NCBI GenBank assembly: GCA_035414245.1
Contig: DAONYH010000002.1
Span: 30,537-94,536 of the forward strand
Origin: a bacterium
GTDB lineage: Bacteria > Patescibacteriota > Patescibacteriia > Patescibacteriales > UBA12465
Length of the DNA stretch: 64,000 bases
Direction of reading: 5' to 3'
How positions within the stretch are numbered: the stretch's first letter is position 1; the number at the start of each line of letters is the position of its first letter. The notes beneath the pieces are model-generated. The model did no database searches. It saw only the letters and a program-made list of their open reading frames with translations, and was not told the DNA's origin. Positions 22,144-30,894 of the stretch are shown here, piece after piece. The position numbers and the translations under genes were made by a program.

Positions 22144-22825
22144 AGCCAGCCATTATTTTTACCCCCGAACTAGTGCCGATAATTGTTGCGCCAGCTTTAA
22201 CCATTAATTTAACATCATCCAAAGTGCTTATCTTAGCAGACGCTTTTATTTTCAAACCCGGAGCGCCTTGTTTCATTAATTTTAAATGATAGGCTTTTTC
22301 TGCCAGTTCCCTTTTTTCTAAAGGATCTTTTTCCGTAGCCGTTTTAACACAGAAGGCACCGGCTTTTTTCACCAGTGCGGATGCTTTAATCACTTCCTCA
22401 TCAGTTAAATAACCAGAGCCGATAATAACTTTAGTGGGTAAAATTTTACTAATCGCTTTTAAGTCGCGTAAAATTTTATTATAGTTTTCCATTTTTATAT
22501 CAACCAAATTCATTACCACATCTAATTCATGCGCGCCATCTTTTTTAGCTTTCTTGCAAAGCGCCACTCGCTCCTTAGTTGAACTAATGCCAATCGGTGG
22601 ATCAATTAAAACAATTACTTTAATTTTTGTGCCCTTTAATTCTTTAGCCACCAAACTTACCCACTTAGGTCGCACATCAACTCCACGAAACTTGAAATGC
22701 TTGGCCTCATCACAAACTCTTTTAATGTCCGCCTTGGTGGCTTTTAAATCAATGTTGGTGTGATCAATTAAAGAAGCAACATATTTTTCGTTCATTCTTT
22801 TAAAAATAAATTTATTTTTTAGCAT
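22133..22825 (-). CDS. deoC: Deoxyribose-phosphate aldolase-like class I aldolase
   Basis: IDHTNIDLKAT..., FCVKTATE and LKIKASAKI resemble the DeoC LDHT / VKTSTGF / KASGGIR blocks. The length of 230 aa fits. Confidence 0.6.
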   Translation of the reverse strand: MLKNKFIFKRMNEKYVASLIDHTNIDLKATKADIKRVCDEAKHFKFRGVDVRPKWVSLVAKELKGTKIKVIVLIDPPIGISSTKERVALCKKAKKDGAHELDVVMNLVDIKMENYNKILRDLKAISKILPTKVIIGSGYLTDEEVIKASALVKKAGAFCVKTATEKDPLEKRELAEKAYHLKLMKQGAPGLKIKASAKISTLDDVKLMVKAGATIIGTSSGVKIMAGFKK

Positions 22826-22902
22826 AATGGTATTTTAAAATTTGTTATTAATTAATTTTATTTTTCTAATGATTATATTATACCACATTTAACATTACAT
22901 TT

Positions 22903-22936
22903 AAAAAAAAAAGCTAACCAAATTACCGGTTAGCTT
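22903..22936 (-). terminator. Strong terminator
   Basis: 9-bp stem aagctaacc/ggttagctt, followed by T10 on the minus strand. Confidence 0.75.
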
Positions 22937-22953
22937 TATAAATCCTTTCGCTC

Positions 22954-23355
22954 TCATCGCAAGCTAGTCTTAGTGAGTCCCTTAATTCCTCGAGCGGCTT
23001 GTTTATTAATTGGTCTTCTCCTTTTTTTAAAAACATCTCCACCGCCAAATTCCGGCTCAACTTGAAAATTTTTGTTCAGCCCATTGATGGGTATGGCCGC
23101 AACTTTCAATCTTTGGTAAAGACTGAACATTGTTTTCATTAAAGAAATATTCTTTTTCTGAAGAAGCAATCTTTTATGAGGAAAATGACTAACTAAACAA
23201 CCCTTTATCCTCAAAAAAACAAGAACTGGGATATGCATTTCCCTCGCCACCTTTTCTAAATCTTCAAAAGAATATTTTTTCAAGTTAGAACAAACATGAT
23301 CAAAGGCTTTATGGGGATCCCTTTTAATTAATTTACCAAAACTTCTTTTTTTCAT
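22954..23355 (-). CDS. Hypothetical basic protein
   Basis: I prefer the Met24 start (MKKRSFGKLIKRDP). The track ORF extends to 23424 through an implausible hydrophobic, AT-rich leader. Confidence 0.45.
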   Translation of the reverse strand: MKKRSFGKLIKRDPHKAFDHVCSNLKKYSFEDLEKVAREMHIPVLVFLRIKGCLVSHFPHKRLLLQKKNISLMKTMFSLYQRLKVAAIPINGLNKNFQVEPEFGGGDVFKKRRRPINKQAARGIKGLTKTSLR

Positions 23356-23485
23356 GATTATGATTTTTTGATTTATTATTATTTCAAGGTACAACAAAAA
23401 ATGAACAACAAAAAAGCATACCATAAGTATGCTTTAATGTCAATATTGTTAAAATAGCTGTTGTGCTTATTATTAGAAATCCAAG

Positions 23486-23515
23486 TTTAACGCTTTCTTA
23501 TTTAACGCTTTCTCA
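23486..23515. repeat. 15-nt tandem duplication
   Basis: tttaacgctttctta / tttaacgctttctca. Confidence 0.85.
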
Positions 23516-23541
23516 TTTAGTACTTTTGCAATTAAGGTTTT

Positions 23542-25365
23542 TTACTCTCCGTATATTTTTTTAAATTCATCAGCGCTTCTCATTAAACTAGTGGCTCTAA
23601 TACCTCCTCCAGATTCATCCCAGTTTTCCTTATTTGTCTCCCAGCTGGCGCCCATATTCTCAACAAAGGTTCTGTAATCTTCTTCATTATAAAATGTCAT
23701 TTTAACACTTCCTAAATCGCCACCATCATATTTTACTAAATCATAATAAATAAAAACAATGCGACCATTATCAGTCGTTCTAACACTCGGTTCTCCTAAA
23801 TATTTAATTACTGAGGCAATATCTTTTAATAGCCCATCATCATCTAACTCATTGTATTCGCTGGCAGACATAGCGCCGGCATTAGATTGAGCAGATTGAG
23901 CGCTATCCTCATTTGAATTAGATTTTTTTTGCAAAGAGCCGCTTGGAGCAATCCCACCCAAAAATTCTTGTCCAGACAGTATTACTTCATCGCCAGCGAC
24001 TATTTTAGTGAACACCAATTCATTACCTAAATATTTAAATTCATAATAACCTACCGAATCATCTTCACCATATAATTTAATTACATCTCCTGATTGCTCC
24101 CAGCGGGAAAAAGAACTACCGCCAACACTGCCATCTTTATTTAAAACAAAATCAAGATCAGTCGTTCGCTGTTGTAAATCTCCGCCCGACACATTAGTTA
24201 ATGTTCCTGACCAAGCAGTGCCCACTAAACTTTCTGCTTTATTATCAGATTTATCTGACTGATCGGACTTTTTGCTGGTTGTTTTTTTGTCCTCGGTTTT
24301 TTTAACTTCACTTTCTTTTTCCGCTCTCCTTTGTTCCACAATTTTTTTCGCATTATTAATTATTTCTTCAGCTGATTCATTACTTTTTATTCCTTTATTT
24401 TCTTCACGCCAACTAGATAACTCATCTTCGCTTAAACCCGCTGCCTCAGCTTTGACTTCACCTTTTTCATTTGTTTGAAGGCTGATTCCTAAAATCTTTT
24501 GATCTTGTACGACTGATACCACTTGTTCAGCGCTAAAACTAGCCGCCGCTAACTTATCAGCCGCACTGGATAAATTTCCCGGAATAGTTGCTAAGGTTAA
24601 AATTGCCGCTGCTGGTTCAGTAACTGTGCGCACATCACTAACAAATTCCGACACCTTATTATTATCACCCAAAGCAATTTTAGCTTCATCATCAGTGATT
24701 TCTAATACTAAGTCTGCTCCCGACACCACTGTGGCAGTCGTGGTCAAAGCTCCGGAAGAAACAACGCCTGATACTCCACCAGTTAAAACAATGCCACCCA
24801 CAAAGCCGGCCACCTTGGCACCATTTTTAATGCGCATTGAATTATGCTCACATTTTTCAAAGACATCCCCTTCTGCTCCATAGGCTTCTCGGGAAATTCC
24901 GTCTTGCGCTTGATTTAAAATTAACTGCGCATGTTTGGCATCAGTGCCTAAATGTTTAGCCAAGGTCATAATTTTTTGACCAAAAGGAGCTTTATCAACA
25001 ATCTGACTTATTTCTTCTTTGCTATAAGCTAAAGCCGAGGGGATAATTTCTTTACCAATTTTTTCTTGAGAAAATTTATTCGCTATCTTTTCTAAATCAC
25101 TGGCCATTTTTTCTAAATCATTCCAGCCCCGAATTACATCATCCATTTCTGCGTTCCAGCTATCATAATCACCAAAGCTTTCCGCATTCTCTAAAACATT
25201 TTCTGTTTGATAACGTAAAGATAGATATTCAACCGAAGCTGCATAGGTTTGATCAAACAATGCTTCTTCTGTTGATTCGTTTGATTTTTTATTGCTGGAT
25301 AATAAAACTATTGCCATTATTATCACAATTAGCGCAATAATTGCCATGGTTAATTTGTTCTTCAT
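23542..25365 (-). CDS. Hypothetical membrane-anchored extracytoplasmic protein
   Basis: I prefer the Met64 start (MKNKLTMAIIALIVIIMAIVLLSS). The longer ORF would read through a terminator-like hairpin at 25475-25502. Confidence 0.6.
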   Translation of the reverse strand: MKNKLTMAIIALIVIIMAIVLLSSNKKSNESTEEALFDQTYAASVEYLSLRYQTENVLENAESFGDYDSWNAEMDDVIRGWNDLEKMASDLEKIANKFSQEKIGKEIIPSALAYSKEEISQIVDKAPFGQKIMTLAKHLGTDAKHAQLILNQAQDGISREAYGAEGDVFEKCEHNSMRIKNGAKVAGFVGGIVLTGGVSGVVSSGALTTTATVVSGADLVLEITDDEAKIALGDNNKVSEFVSDVRTVTEPAAAILTLATIPGNLSSAADKLAAASFSAEQVVSVVQDQKILGISLQTNEKGEVKAEAAGLSEDELSSWREENKGIKSNESAEEIINNAKKIVEQRRAEKESEVKKTEDKKTTSKKSDQSDKSDNKAESLVGTAWSGTLTNVSGGDLQQRTTDLDFVLNKDGSVGGSSFSRWEQSGDVIKLYGEDDSVGYYEFKYLGNELVFTKIVAGDEVILSGQEFLGGIAPSGSLQKKSNSNEDSAQSAQSNAGAMSASEYNELDDDGLLKDIASVIKYLGEPSVRTTDNGRIVFIYYDLVKYDGGDLGSVKMTFYNEEDYRTFVENMGASWETNKENWDESGGGIRATSLMRSADEFKKIYGE

Positions 25366-25474
25366 ATTTTTTATGGTTAAGTGATTAATTTTTGAGGGGG
25401 GATTTTGGAAGCGAATATTAAAATTTTCATTAAAAAGCGACAATAAAATTATATACTGAGAACATAATAAAAGC

Positions 25475-25502
25475 AAAAAAGAGCCGAGAGGGCTCTTTTT
25501 TT
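25475..25502. terminator. Orphan bidirectional terminator-like hairpin between divergent genes
   Basis: A6-aagagcc-gagag-ggctctt-T run. Confidence 0.55.
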
Positions 25503-25656
25503 GTGGTTGGCTCGGGTTAGTGGACGAAGTTTGAACTTTTTTTATCAGAAGCAAAAGAAATATACATACCTGAGTTTAATAAATAAACACGTGAAAACAA
25601 TCTCAATAAAATTAAAAAATTTTCTTTATCAACTAAAAATGTTATTATAAAAAAAT

Positions 25657-26496
25657 ATGAAAAAAACTATAATAAGCTTACTTTCCTTTATTTTATTTGT
25701 CTACCTTTTTCATATATATCTTGAGTTAGAGATTTATTATTCTATTGGAATTGGAATATTGCTATTATTTCACGAATTAGGACACGTTATAGCTCTAAGA
25801 AAAACAGAAGGTAAACTAAACGGAATATATTTTTTACCCTTTATTGGGGCAATGGTTATCGGAAATAAAAAAATAAAAACCGAAAATGAATACGCAAAAA
25901 TTAATTTTTTTGGACCGCTTATGGGTTTTATTAGTTTATTGCTCTTATTTATACTTTATCTTATAGTAAAAAAAACACTATTACTTAATTTTATTTTTAT
26001 TGGAAGCTTTATAAACCTGATAAATTTAATCCCTATAACTCTCCTTGATGGATATGGAATATTAAGGGGATCTATTAAACACATTAAATGGCTTGGTTTT
26101 TTTATAATAATATTTCTTATTGGGTATATGCTGGAGGGATATATGTTTACTCTTTGTTTTATTATGATCTTTTTTCTTATTTCAGACTCGCCTGAAGTTA
26201 AGGATACTGGCTTTAAAATATGGGAAGCAATTATTGCAATAAGCTCAATAATAGCTATGGTTTTTATAACAATAAAAGAGAAAGAAAATATAATGCCAAA
26301 TTTAGCTATTTTAACCCTATCTTTTTTTATTTTCTTTGCCTACATAAAAGAAACTCTGTTTAATAAAAACAAAGAAGAACATACAATAGAATTATTAACT
26401 CCACTAACAAAGAAACAGAAAATTCTATGGATAACAAGCTATGTTTTATTATCTGGAAGTCTTTTTGTTTTTTTATCTATTCAAAAAATATTTTGA
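25657..26496 (+). CDS. Polytopic membrane metalloprotease-like protein (M50/site-2-protease-like)
   Basis: HELGH in TM2 and NLINLIPITLLDGYGIL (NxxPxxxLDG-like). Confidence 0.55.
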   Translation: MKKTIISLLSFILFVYLFHIYLELEIYYSIGIGILLLFHELGHVIALRKTEGKLNGIYFLPFIGAMVIGNKKIKTENEYAKINFFGPLMGFISLLLLFILYLIVKKTLLLNFIFIGSFINLINLIPITLLDGYGILRGSIKHIKWLGFFIIIFLIGYMLEGYMFTLCFIMIFFLISDSPEVKDTGFKIWEAIIAISSIIAMVFITIKEKENIMPNLAILTLSFFIFFAYIKETLFNKNKEEHTIELLTPLTKKQKILWITSYVLLSGSLFVFLSIQKIF

Positions 26497-26643
26497 AAAT
26501 ATTCTAACCTCACGCTCTGTTGCTAAAAATAAACTGGCATTTTTCTAATCAATACTTCATCTGCTTTTAGCGGATATTTTACTAAAATCTTTCTAAGCTC
26601 AGACACGTGTATTTTCCTATAAGTCCCTGAACAACTAATAAAA

Positions 26644-26898
26644 ATGATAGACGGGATAAATATTAATGAATTAGGCATTAAAAATCAGCTCAATGAAGAA
26701 ATTGAAAGATATTATAAATTTAGCAAAGGAATACTGGGGAAAACTGATATTGATTTTGATAAGCAAAAAGAAATTGATATGAGAAATTATGCTAAATATG
26801 TTTTAAGAGAAGGAAGTCTGCTTGAAAAAAGAGAGATACTTGGAAATATGGAAAGTAAAATAATTATGAAAGATAAGAAAATATGGCTTAAAAATTGA
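26644..26898 (+). CDS. Hypothetical 84-aa protein, possibly a gene remnant
   Basis: Lys/Glu-rich ORF with an in-frame stop 8 codons upstream of its ATG. I recognise no motif. Confidence 0.3.
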   Translation: MIDGININELGIKNQLNEEIERYYKFSKGILGKTDIDFDKQKEIDMRNYAKYVLREGSLLEKREILGNMESKIIMKDKKIWLKN

Positions 26899-26918
26899 TA
26901 AAAAAACTTAAAATAGGT

Positions 26919-28709
26919 TCATTGTTTAAAAGCAGACAATCTTTTAGAGCTTATATCAAAATACTTGTCATCTAATTCTATACCTATAAAATTACGACCA
27001 TTTTTCAATGCCGCTTCCCCAGTTGTTCCACTGCCCATAAAAGGATCAAGAATTGTCTCCCCTTTATTTGTGTGGATCTGAATAATCTTTTCCATAACAA
27101 ATAAACTTTTTTGAGTAGAATGAATAGTTCTTTCTTTGCCAGAAACAACAGGAGCTACAAATTGAGCTCTTAAATAAGATTCGTTTTTAGGTTTATTAAA
27201 AACCCATCTTGCTCCTTTTTTAACAGCCCAAATAGCAAATTCTGTATCTTGAACATATCTTCTGCCTACATTACGTGGCATAGGATTAGACTTTCTCCAC
27301 TCCAAAATATCCTTAACCACCAGGTCATTACTCTCTAGCACTTCTATAATTCTACTAATAAATCTGTAAGAACAAAAAATAATCATTGAGCCATTTTGAT
27401 TTAAAATTTTTGCATAATCTTTAATCCAACCAGTTAAATCAAAATCTTTATCCCATTCCCCAAAATCAACCCCCTTACGATTAGCTGATTTCATTGTTGA
27501 AAAATTATTATCTTGAGAAATGTTATATGGTGGATCCGTGATTATATGATCTACAGTAATACCATCTTTATAAAATTCATGTATCTTATTATAAGCATCG
27601 TCTTGAAATATCTCAAAGCGTTTTTGCTTCACATTCTTTCTGTTAATATATTGCAATATAATGGAATCAGCAATGGCCTTTGCCAATAATGGCGGCACGG
27701 CATTCCCAATCTGTTTACATATCTCTGTTTTACTTCCCAAAAACTCAAAATTATCTGGAAAACTCTGAATTCTTGCCGCCTCTCTTGGGGTAATTGCTCT
27801 ATTAAGTTCAGGGTGAGAGTTTTTTCCGTTTGATGGGGTATCAAAGCGAGTATCTATAGTTGGACTAACTTTGTTCCACTCCAACCTACTCCAAGTTGTT
27901 TTAAATTTTTGATTTCCCAGCAACTCTTTTGGCAGATATTCTTTTCCTTTTTCTGGAGGAATCAAGGATAATTTACGTATCGCGATCTTAGAATGAGAAG
28001 TAGCTGTATGGTTAAATAATTTACTAGACTTATTTCTCATTATTTTTTGATAACGAGATAATGGTTTATTCAAATAATTCATAACAACACTGCCTTCTCC
28101 TGATTCTAGATAGTGCAAGTCAGAAATAGCGTCTTTCACCGTAACAGTCTTATTACTTTTTATTAACATATTAAAATTAAAAGCTATAGACCTGGATCCA
28201 ATAATAAAAGTTCTTTCGCGACTCTGCGGAACACCAAAATCACTAGCTTTTAAAACTTGAAAGGAAACTATATATCCTAATTTTTTAAATTTATCATTTA
28301 TTTCATTTATAAAATATCCGTCAGATGCAGTAACCAAGGTTTTAACATTTTCCATAATAAAAATTTCAGGCTTCAATTCTTTTACTATATTTAAATACTC
28401 AAGAAATAAAAAGTTTCTTGGATCGCTCAATCCTAATTTTTTACCTTTATTACTAAACCCTTGGCATGGTGGACCGCCAACAATCATGTTAACCTTTCCT
28501 TTTTTTGATTTGTCAATAATACTTTTTTTAACATTTTTGTCTAAGATGTCACCAAAAATAATTTCAACATCCGGCATGTTTTTTTTAAGAGTGCTCAGGG
28601 AGTTTTTAAAAAAATCAGTAGCTACCACAGTCTTAAATCTATCATTCATCTCTAATCCAAGAGATAATCCACCAGCGCCTGAAAATAAATCTAGTATTCT
28701 AAATTGCAT
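26919..28709 (-). CDS. Fused DNA methyltransferase: N-terminal C5-cytosine MTase plus C-terminal beta-class N6-adenine/N4-cytosine MTase
   Basis: m5C motifs: DLFSGAGGLSLG (I), GGPPCQGFS (IV), ENV (VI), QSRERTF (VIII) and GNAVPPLLA (X). The second module has DPPYN, then later ILDPFMGSGTTGEAA. Confidence 0.85.
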   Translation of the reverse strand: MQFRILDLFSGAGGLSLGLEMNDRFKTVVATDFFKNSLSTLKKNMPDVEIIFGDILDKNVKKSIIDKSKKGKVNMIVGGPPCQGFSNKGKKLGLSDPRNFLFLEYLNIVKELKPEIFIMENVKTLVTASDGYFINEINDKFKKLGYIVSFQVLKASDFGVPQSRERTFIIGSRSIAFNFNMLIKSNKTVTVKDAISDLHYLESGEGSVVMNYLNKPLSRYQKIMRNKSSKLFNHTATSHSKIAIRKLSLIPPEKGKEYLPKELLGNQKFKTTWSRLEWNKVSPTIDTRFDTPSNGKNSHPELNRAITPREAARIQSFPDNFEFLGSKTEICKQIGNAVPPLLAKAIADSIILQYINRKNVKQKRFEIFQDDAYNKIHEFYKDGITVDHIITDPPYNISQDNNFSTMKSANRKGVDFGEWDKDFDLTGWIKDYAKILNQNGSMIIFCSYRFISRIIEVLESNDLVVKDILEWRKSNPMPRNVGRRYVQDTEFAIWAVKKGARWVFNKPKNESYLRAQFVAPVVSGKERTIHSTQKSLFVMEKIIQIHTNKGETILDPFMGSGTTGEAALKNGRNFIGIELDDKYFDISSKRLSAFKQ

Positions 28710-28730
28710 AAATAAGAATTAATAAATAAT

Positions 28731-28757
28731 TTGAGGAACTAAAAAGTAGTTCCTCAA
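28731..28757 (-). promoter_or_regulatory. Perfect 10-bp hairpin between the endonuclease and methyltransferase genes
   Basis: ttgaggaact-aaaaagt-agttcctcaa, lying 21 nt upstream of the MTase ATG. Confidence 0.4.
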
Positions 28758-28797
28758 TATATATTAACTAATATTCAAATTTAATTCAATAGCTAAA

Positions 28798-29955
28798 TTA
28801 TACTAATTTTGCATAAACAAAATCCACAAGATTATTAATGTCAACATCCCCAATTAAAACACTAACATATTTTTTTGCATTCTCAGAGTTATTTAAAATA
28901 TCCCTAATTGTTTGTTTTTGCAATTCTTCGTCCGCCCTGTTTTTCGTTAAAATTCTGTGACAAACTGGACAAATTTTAGCCAAATTATCTATCTGATCAT
29001 GCTCTTTCCCCTTGCTAAATGGTATAATATGATGTATCTCAAAATAATACTTTTCTTGATTTTTTAATTTAAAAGTCCTGTTGTCTTTGGGAAATCTATT
29101 TTTACAAGCCATGCATTCATCTGGAAAAATATTAATAGCTATTTTTTTTATACTATAATCCCTTGCCTGAACCCCGCTTGTCTCTAATCCTAACCTTCGC
29201 CTTTCTTCTTGAATATCTATGGAGATATTCTCTTCTCCAAGAATATTATTTAAATATTCAACTAATCTATCAGAAAAATTACCAATACTATCTGATGGTT
29301 CTGGTATTTTATCAATATTATTATTTAATATTGAGTATTTATAAGTATTAACCTTTTTAATTTCTTCTCCAAACTCCTGCCAAAACCATCCCAAACTAAT
29401 TCTAATTTGAGTGTTACGCTCATGACTTCCATCAGCATACTGTGGCTGAAGCTCTCTAAAATTTAAATTTAACCTAGATATAGATGATAACCCTGAAAGA
29501 ATTTGGAAAATATTTCTTAAATAATCTTTTGAAGAATACTTTCTATGAATATCTACAGCATAATATTTAAGTGAAAAATCAGCACTGCCGCGCAAAGCAA
29601 ATAATGCTAACAAAATATTTTTCTCATATTCTTTAGTTTCTATTTCAAAACTTAACAATTGAATTTGTTTGTAAATTTCTGCTAAAAATTTATCAGCTGT
29701 ATTAAATTCTGCTGTCTTCTCTATTTTAATTGAATGATTGCCCGAGAAATTATTTTCAAAATTTAATCCAAAATACGCTCTCAGATCTTCATTTAAGGTA
29801 GGATAATTTGAATCATCTAATTCATTAGGTGCAAATTTAGATTTTTTATATCTAGACTCTACATAAAAATAAGAACTGTCATCATCTACCAAATTGAAAA
29901 AGACAGCCAATAAAGCTTTTATGTTTCTTAAACTAATCAACTCCAAAATTGTCAT
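28798..29955 (-). CDS. HNH endonuclease-domain protein (candidate restriction endonuclease)
   Basis: The C-terminal block is CMACKNRF...YFEIHHIIPFSKG...DNLAKICPVCHRILT, i.e. CxxC...HH...N...CxxCH. It lies directly upstream of the MTase on the same strand. Confidence 0.7.
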   Translation of the reverse strand: MTILELISLRNIKALLAVFFNLVDDDSSYFYVESRYKKSKFAPNELDDSNYPTLNEDLRAYFGLNFENNFSGNHSIKIEKTAEFNTADKFLAEIYKQIQLLSFEIETKEYEKNILLALFALRGSADFSLKYYAVDIHRKYSSKDYLRNIFQILSGLSSISRLNLNFRELQPQYADGSHERNTQIRISLGWFWQEFGEEIKKVNTYKYSILNNNIDKIPEPSDSIGNFSDRLVEYLNNILGEENISIDIQEERRRLGLETSGVQARDYSIKKIAINIFPDECMACKNRFPKDNRTFKLKNQEKYYFEIHHIIPFSKGKEHDQIDNLAKICPVCHRILTKNRADEELQKQTIRDILNNSENAKKYVSVLIGDVDINNLVDFVYAKLV

Positions 29956-30043
29956 ATCGAAAATATCAATAAAAAATAAATCTTAAATAAACTTTATCAC
30001 AAATTTATCTAAAATTCAATTAAAATTTATATAAAGAAAAAAT

Positions 30044-30076
30044 AAAAAAACCTAAATAGGATTCGAACCATTTAGG
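30044..30076 (-). terminator. Terminator-like hairpin whose loop is a T-loop-like GGTTCGAATCC
   Basis: The minus strand reads CCTAAAT-GGTTCGAATCCT-ATTTAGG-T7. Confidence 0.4.
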
Positions 30077-30096
30077 CTCTTTATTTTTAGTCATTT

Positions 30097-30120
30097 TAGC
30101 TAATTTATTAGCTAATTTAA
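30097..30120. repeat. 12-nt tandem duplication
   Basis: tagctaatttat / tagctaatttaa. Confidence 0.8.
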
Positions 30121-30122
30121 CT

Positions 30123-30152
30123 AAAACAAAAAGAACTGGCACAAGCCAGCTC
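30123..30152 (-). terminator. Terminator downstream of tRNA-Asn
   Basis: The minus strand reads GAGCTGGC-TTGT-GCCAGTTC-TTTTTGTTTT. Confidence 0.6.
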
Positions 30153-30214
30153 CTTTTATTTTATCCCTACAAAATAAAGATATAAGTCGGTCTCTCACAA
30201 AAGAGAAACATCTG

Positions 30215-30286
30215 CTCCCGGGGTCGGATTCGAACCGACGACCAATTGGTTAACAGCCAACTGCGCTACCGCTGCGCCACCCGGGA
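30215..30286 (-). tRNA. tRNA-Asn (anticodon GUU); CCA not encoded
   Basis: - Hand-folded sequence: UCCCGGG-UG-GCGC-AGCGGUA-GCGC-A-GUUGG-CUGUUAA-CCAAU-UGGUC-GUCGG-UUCGAAU-CCGAC-CCCGGGA-G.
- All four stems are Watson-Crick paired.
- The anticodon loop is CU-GUU-AA. Confidence 0.9.
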
Positions 30287-30349
30287 ATATTAAATTTTCG
30301 CTCTAAATACAATAATAATATTATTTAGCAATAATATTATTACTTTATA

Positions 30350-30377
30350 ATTCTACCAAATTTTAAAAAACTGTCAA
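30350..30377 (-). promoter_or_regulatory. Promoter of tRNA-Asn
   Basis: The minus strand reads TTGACA-N16-TAGAAT, with the extended -10 TGG immediately upstream of the -10 box. Confidence 0.6.
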
Positions 30378-30414
30378 CAAATAAAAACTACTAATTACGA
30401 AACTAAATTATTGA

Positions 30415-30891
30415 TTATTGCACTAAATTATTAATAAAAATACCGATTAAATAGGTCAAAACTAAAACCAAAAAAGCAATCATTAAATGCTCAAAAATAA
30501 TCTTTCCCGGCCTCTCCTGATTAAATTTGGCTAATTTATAACTAAAAATAGACAACATAAGCAGTCCCCAAACAACTGATAGGTAAATAGCTAAGGGCAG
30601 GGATAAAAAGATTATGAATGGTAAAAAGGTTAAAGAAAAAATAAACTTAAAAATAAAGGTAAAAATAGTCACACGCCACACTTCACGATGAGTGAAATTC
30701 CCTTCTGCTTCTTTGGCAATATGAACACCAAGCGCATCCGATAATGAATCAGCAATGGCAATGGTTAAAATGGCGCTAATTATGACCAGCTTGGAATCTA
30801 AACCAAACCCGAGTCCGACAATCACACCGAGGGTGGTGATGATGGCCGAGGTTAAACCAAACCCTATTCCAACGCGGAAAGTTTTAAACAT
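30415..30891 (-). CDS. Small VIT-family / DUF125-like integral membrane protein
   Basis: 158 aa with 4-5 TM segments. GFGLTSAIITTLGVIVGL and AIADSLSDALGVH resemble short VIT1/CCC1-family proteins. Confidence 0.5.
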   Translation of the reverse strand: MFKTFRVGIGFGLTSAIITTLGVIVGLGFGLDSKLVIISAILTIAIADSLSDALGVHIAKEAEGNFTHREVWRVTIFTFIFKFIFSLTFLPFIIFLSLPLAIYLSVVWGLLMLSIFSYKLAKFNQERPGKIIFEHLMIAFLVLVLTYLIGIFINNLVQ

Positions 30892-30894
30892 AAT

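Larger units (their letters stand above)
25560..30214. mobile_element. Candidate horizontally acquired islet abutting the 3' end of tRNA-Asn. No integrase or att repeats were found.
   Basis: The region is visibly more AT-rich. Codon choice shifts to ATA-Ile and AGA-Arg, whereas flanking genes use ATT/ATC and CGN. Restriction-modification genes are present. The right edge is the tRNA 3' end and the left edge is only approximate. Confidence 0.4.

Noticed and set aside
25501-25546. Possible tRNA fragment or att site (ggttggctcgggttagtggacgaagtttgaac) at the left islet border
   Set aside because: I could not fold it into a D-arm or a T-arm. It shows no convincing similarity to the 3' end of tRNA-Asn.
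25366-25554. Longer 670-aa version of ORF 23542..25554
   Set aside because: The extension crosses a terminator-like hairpin and precedes a canonical MKNK + TM start at Met64.
26497-26898. Integrase or recombinase remnant in the islet (84-aa ORF and its upstream region)
   Set aside because: There are no catalytic motifs (no serine-recombinase or tyrosine-recombinase signature). An in-frame stop lies directly upstream. Only a vague coiled-coil-like, Lys/Glu-rich sequence remains.
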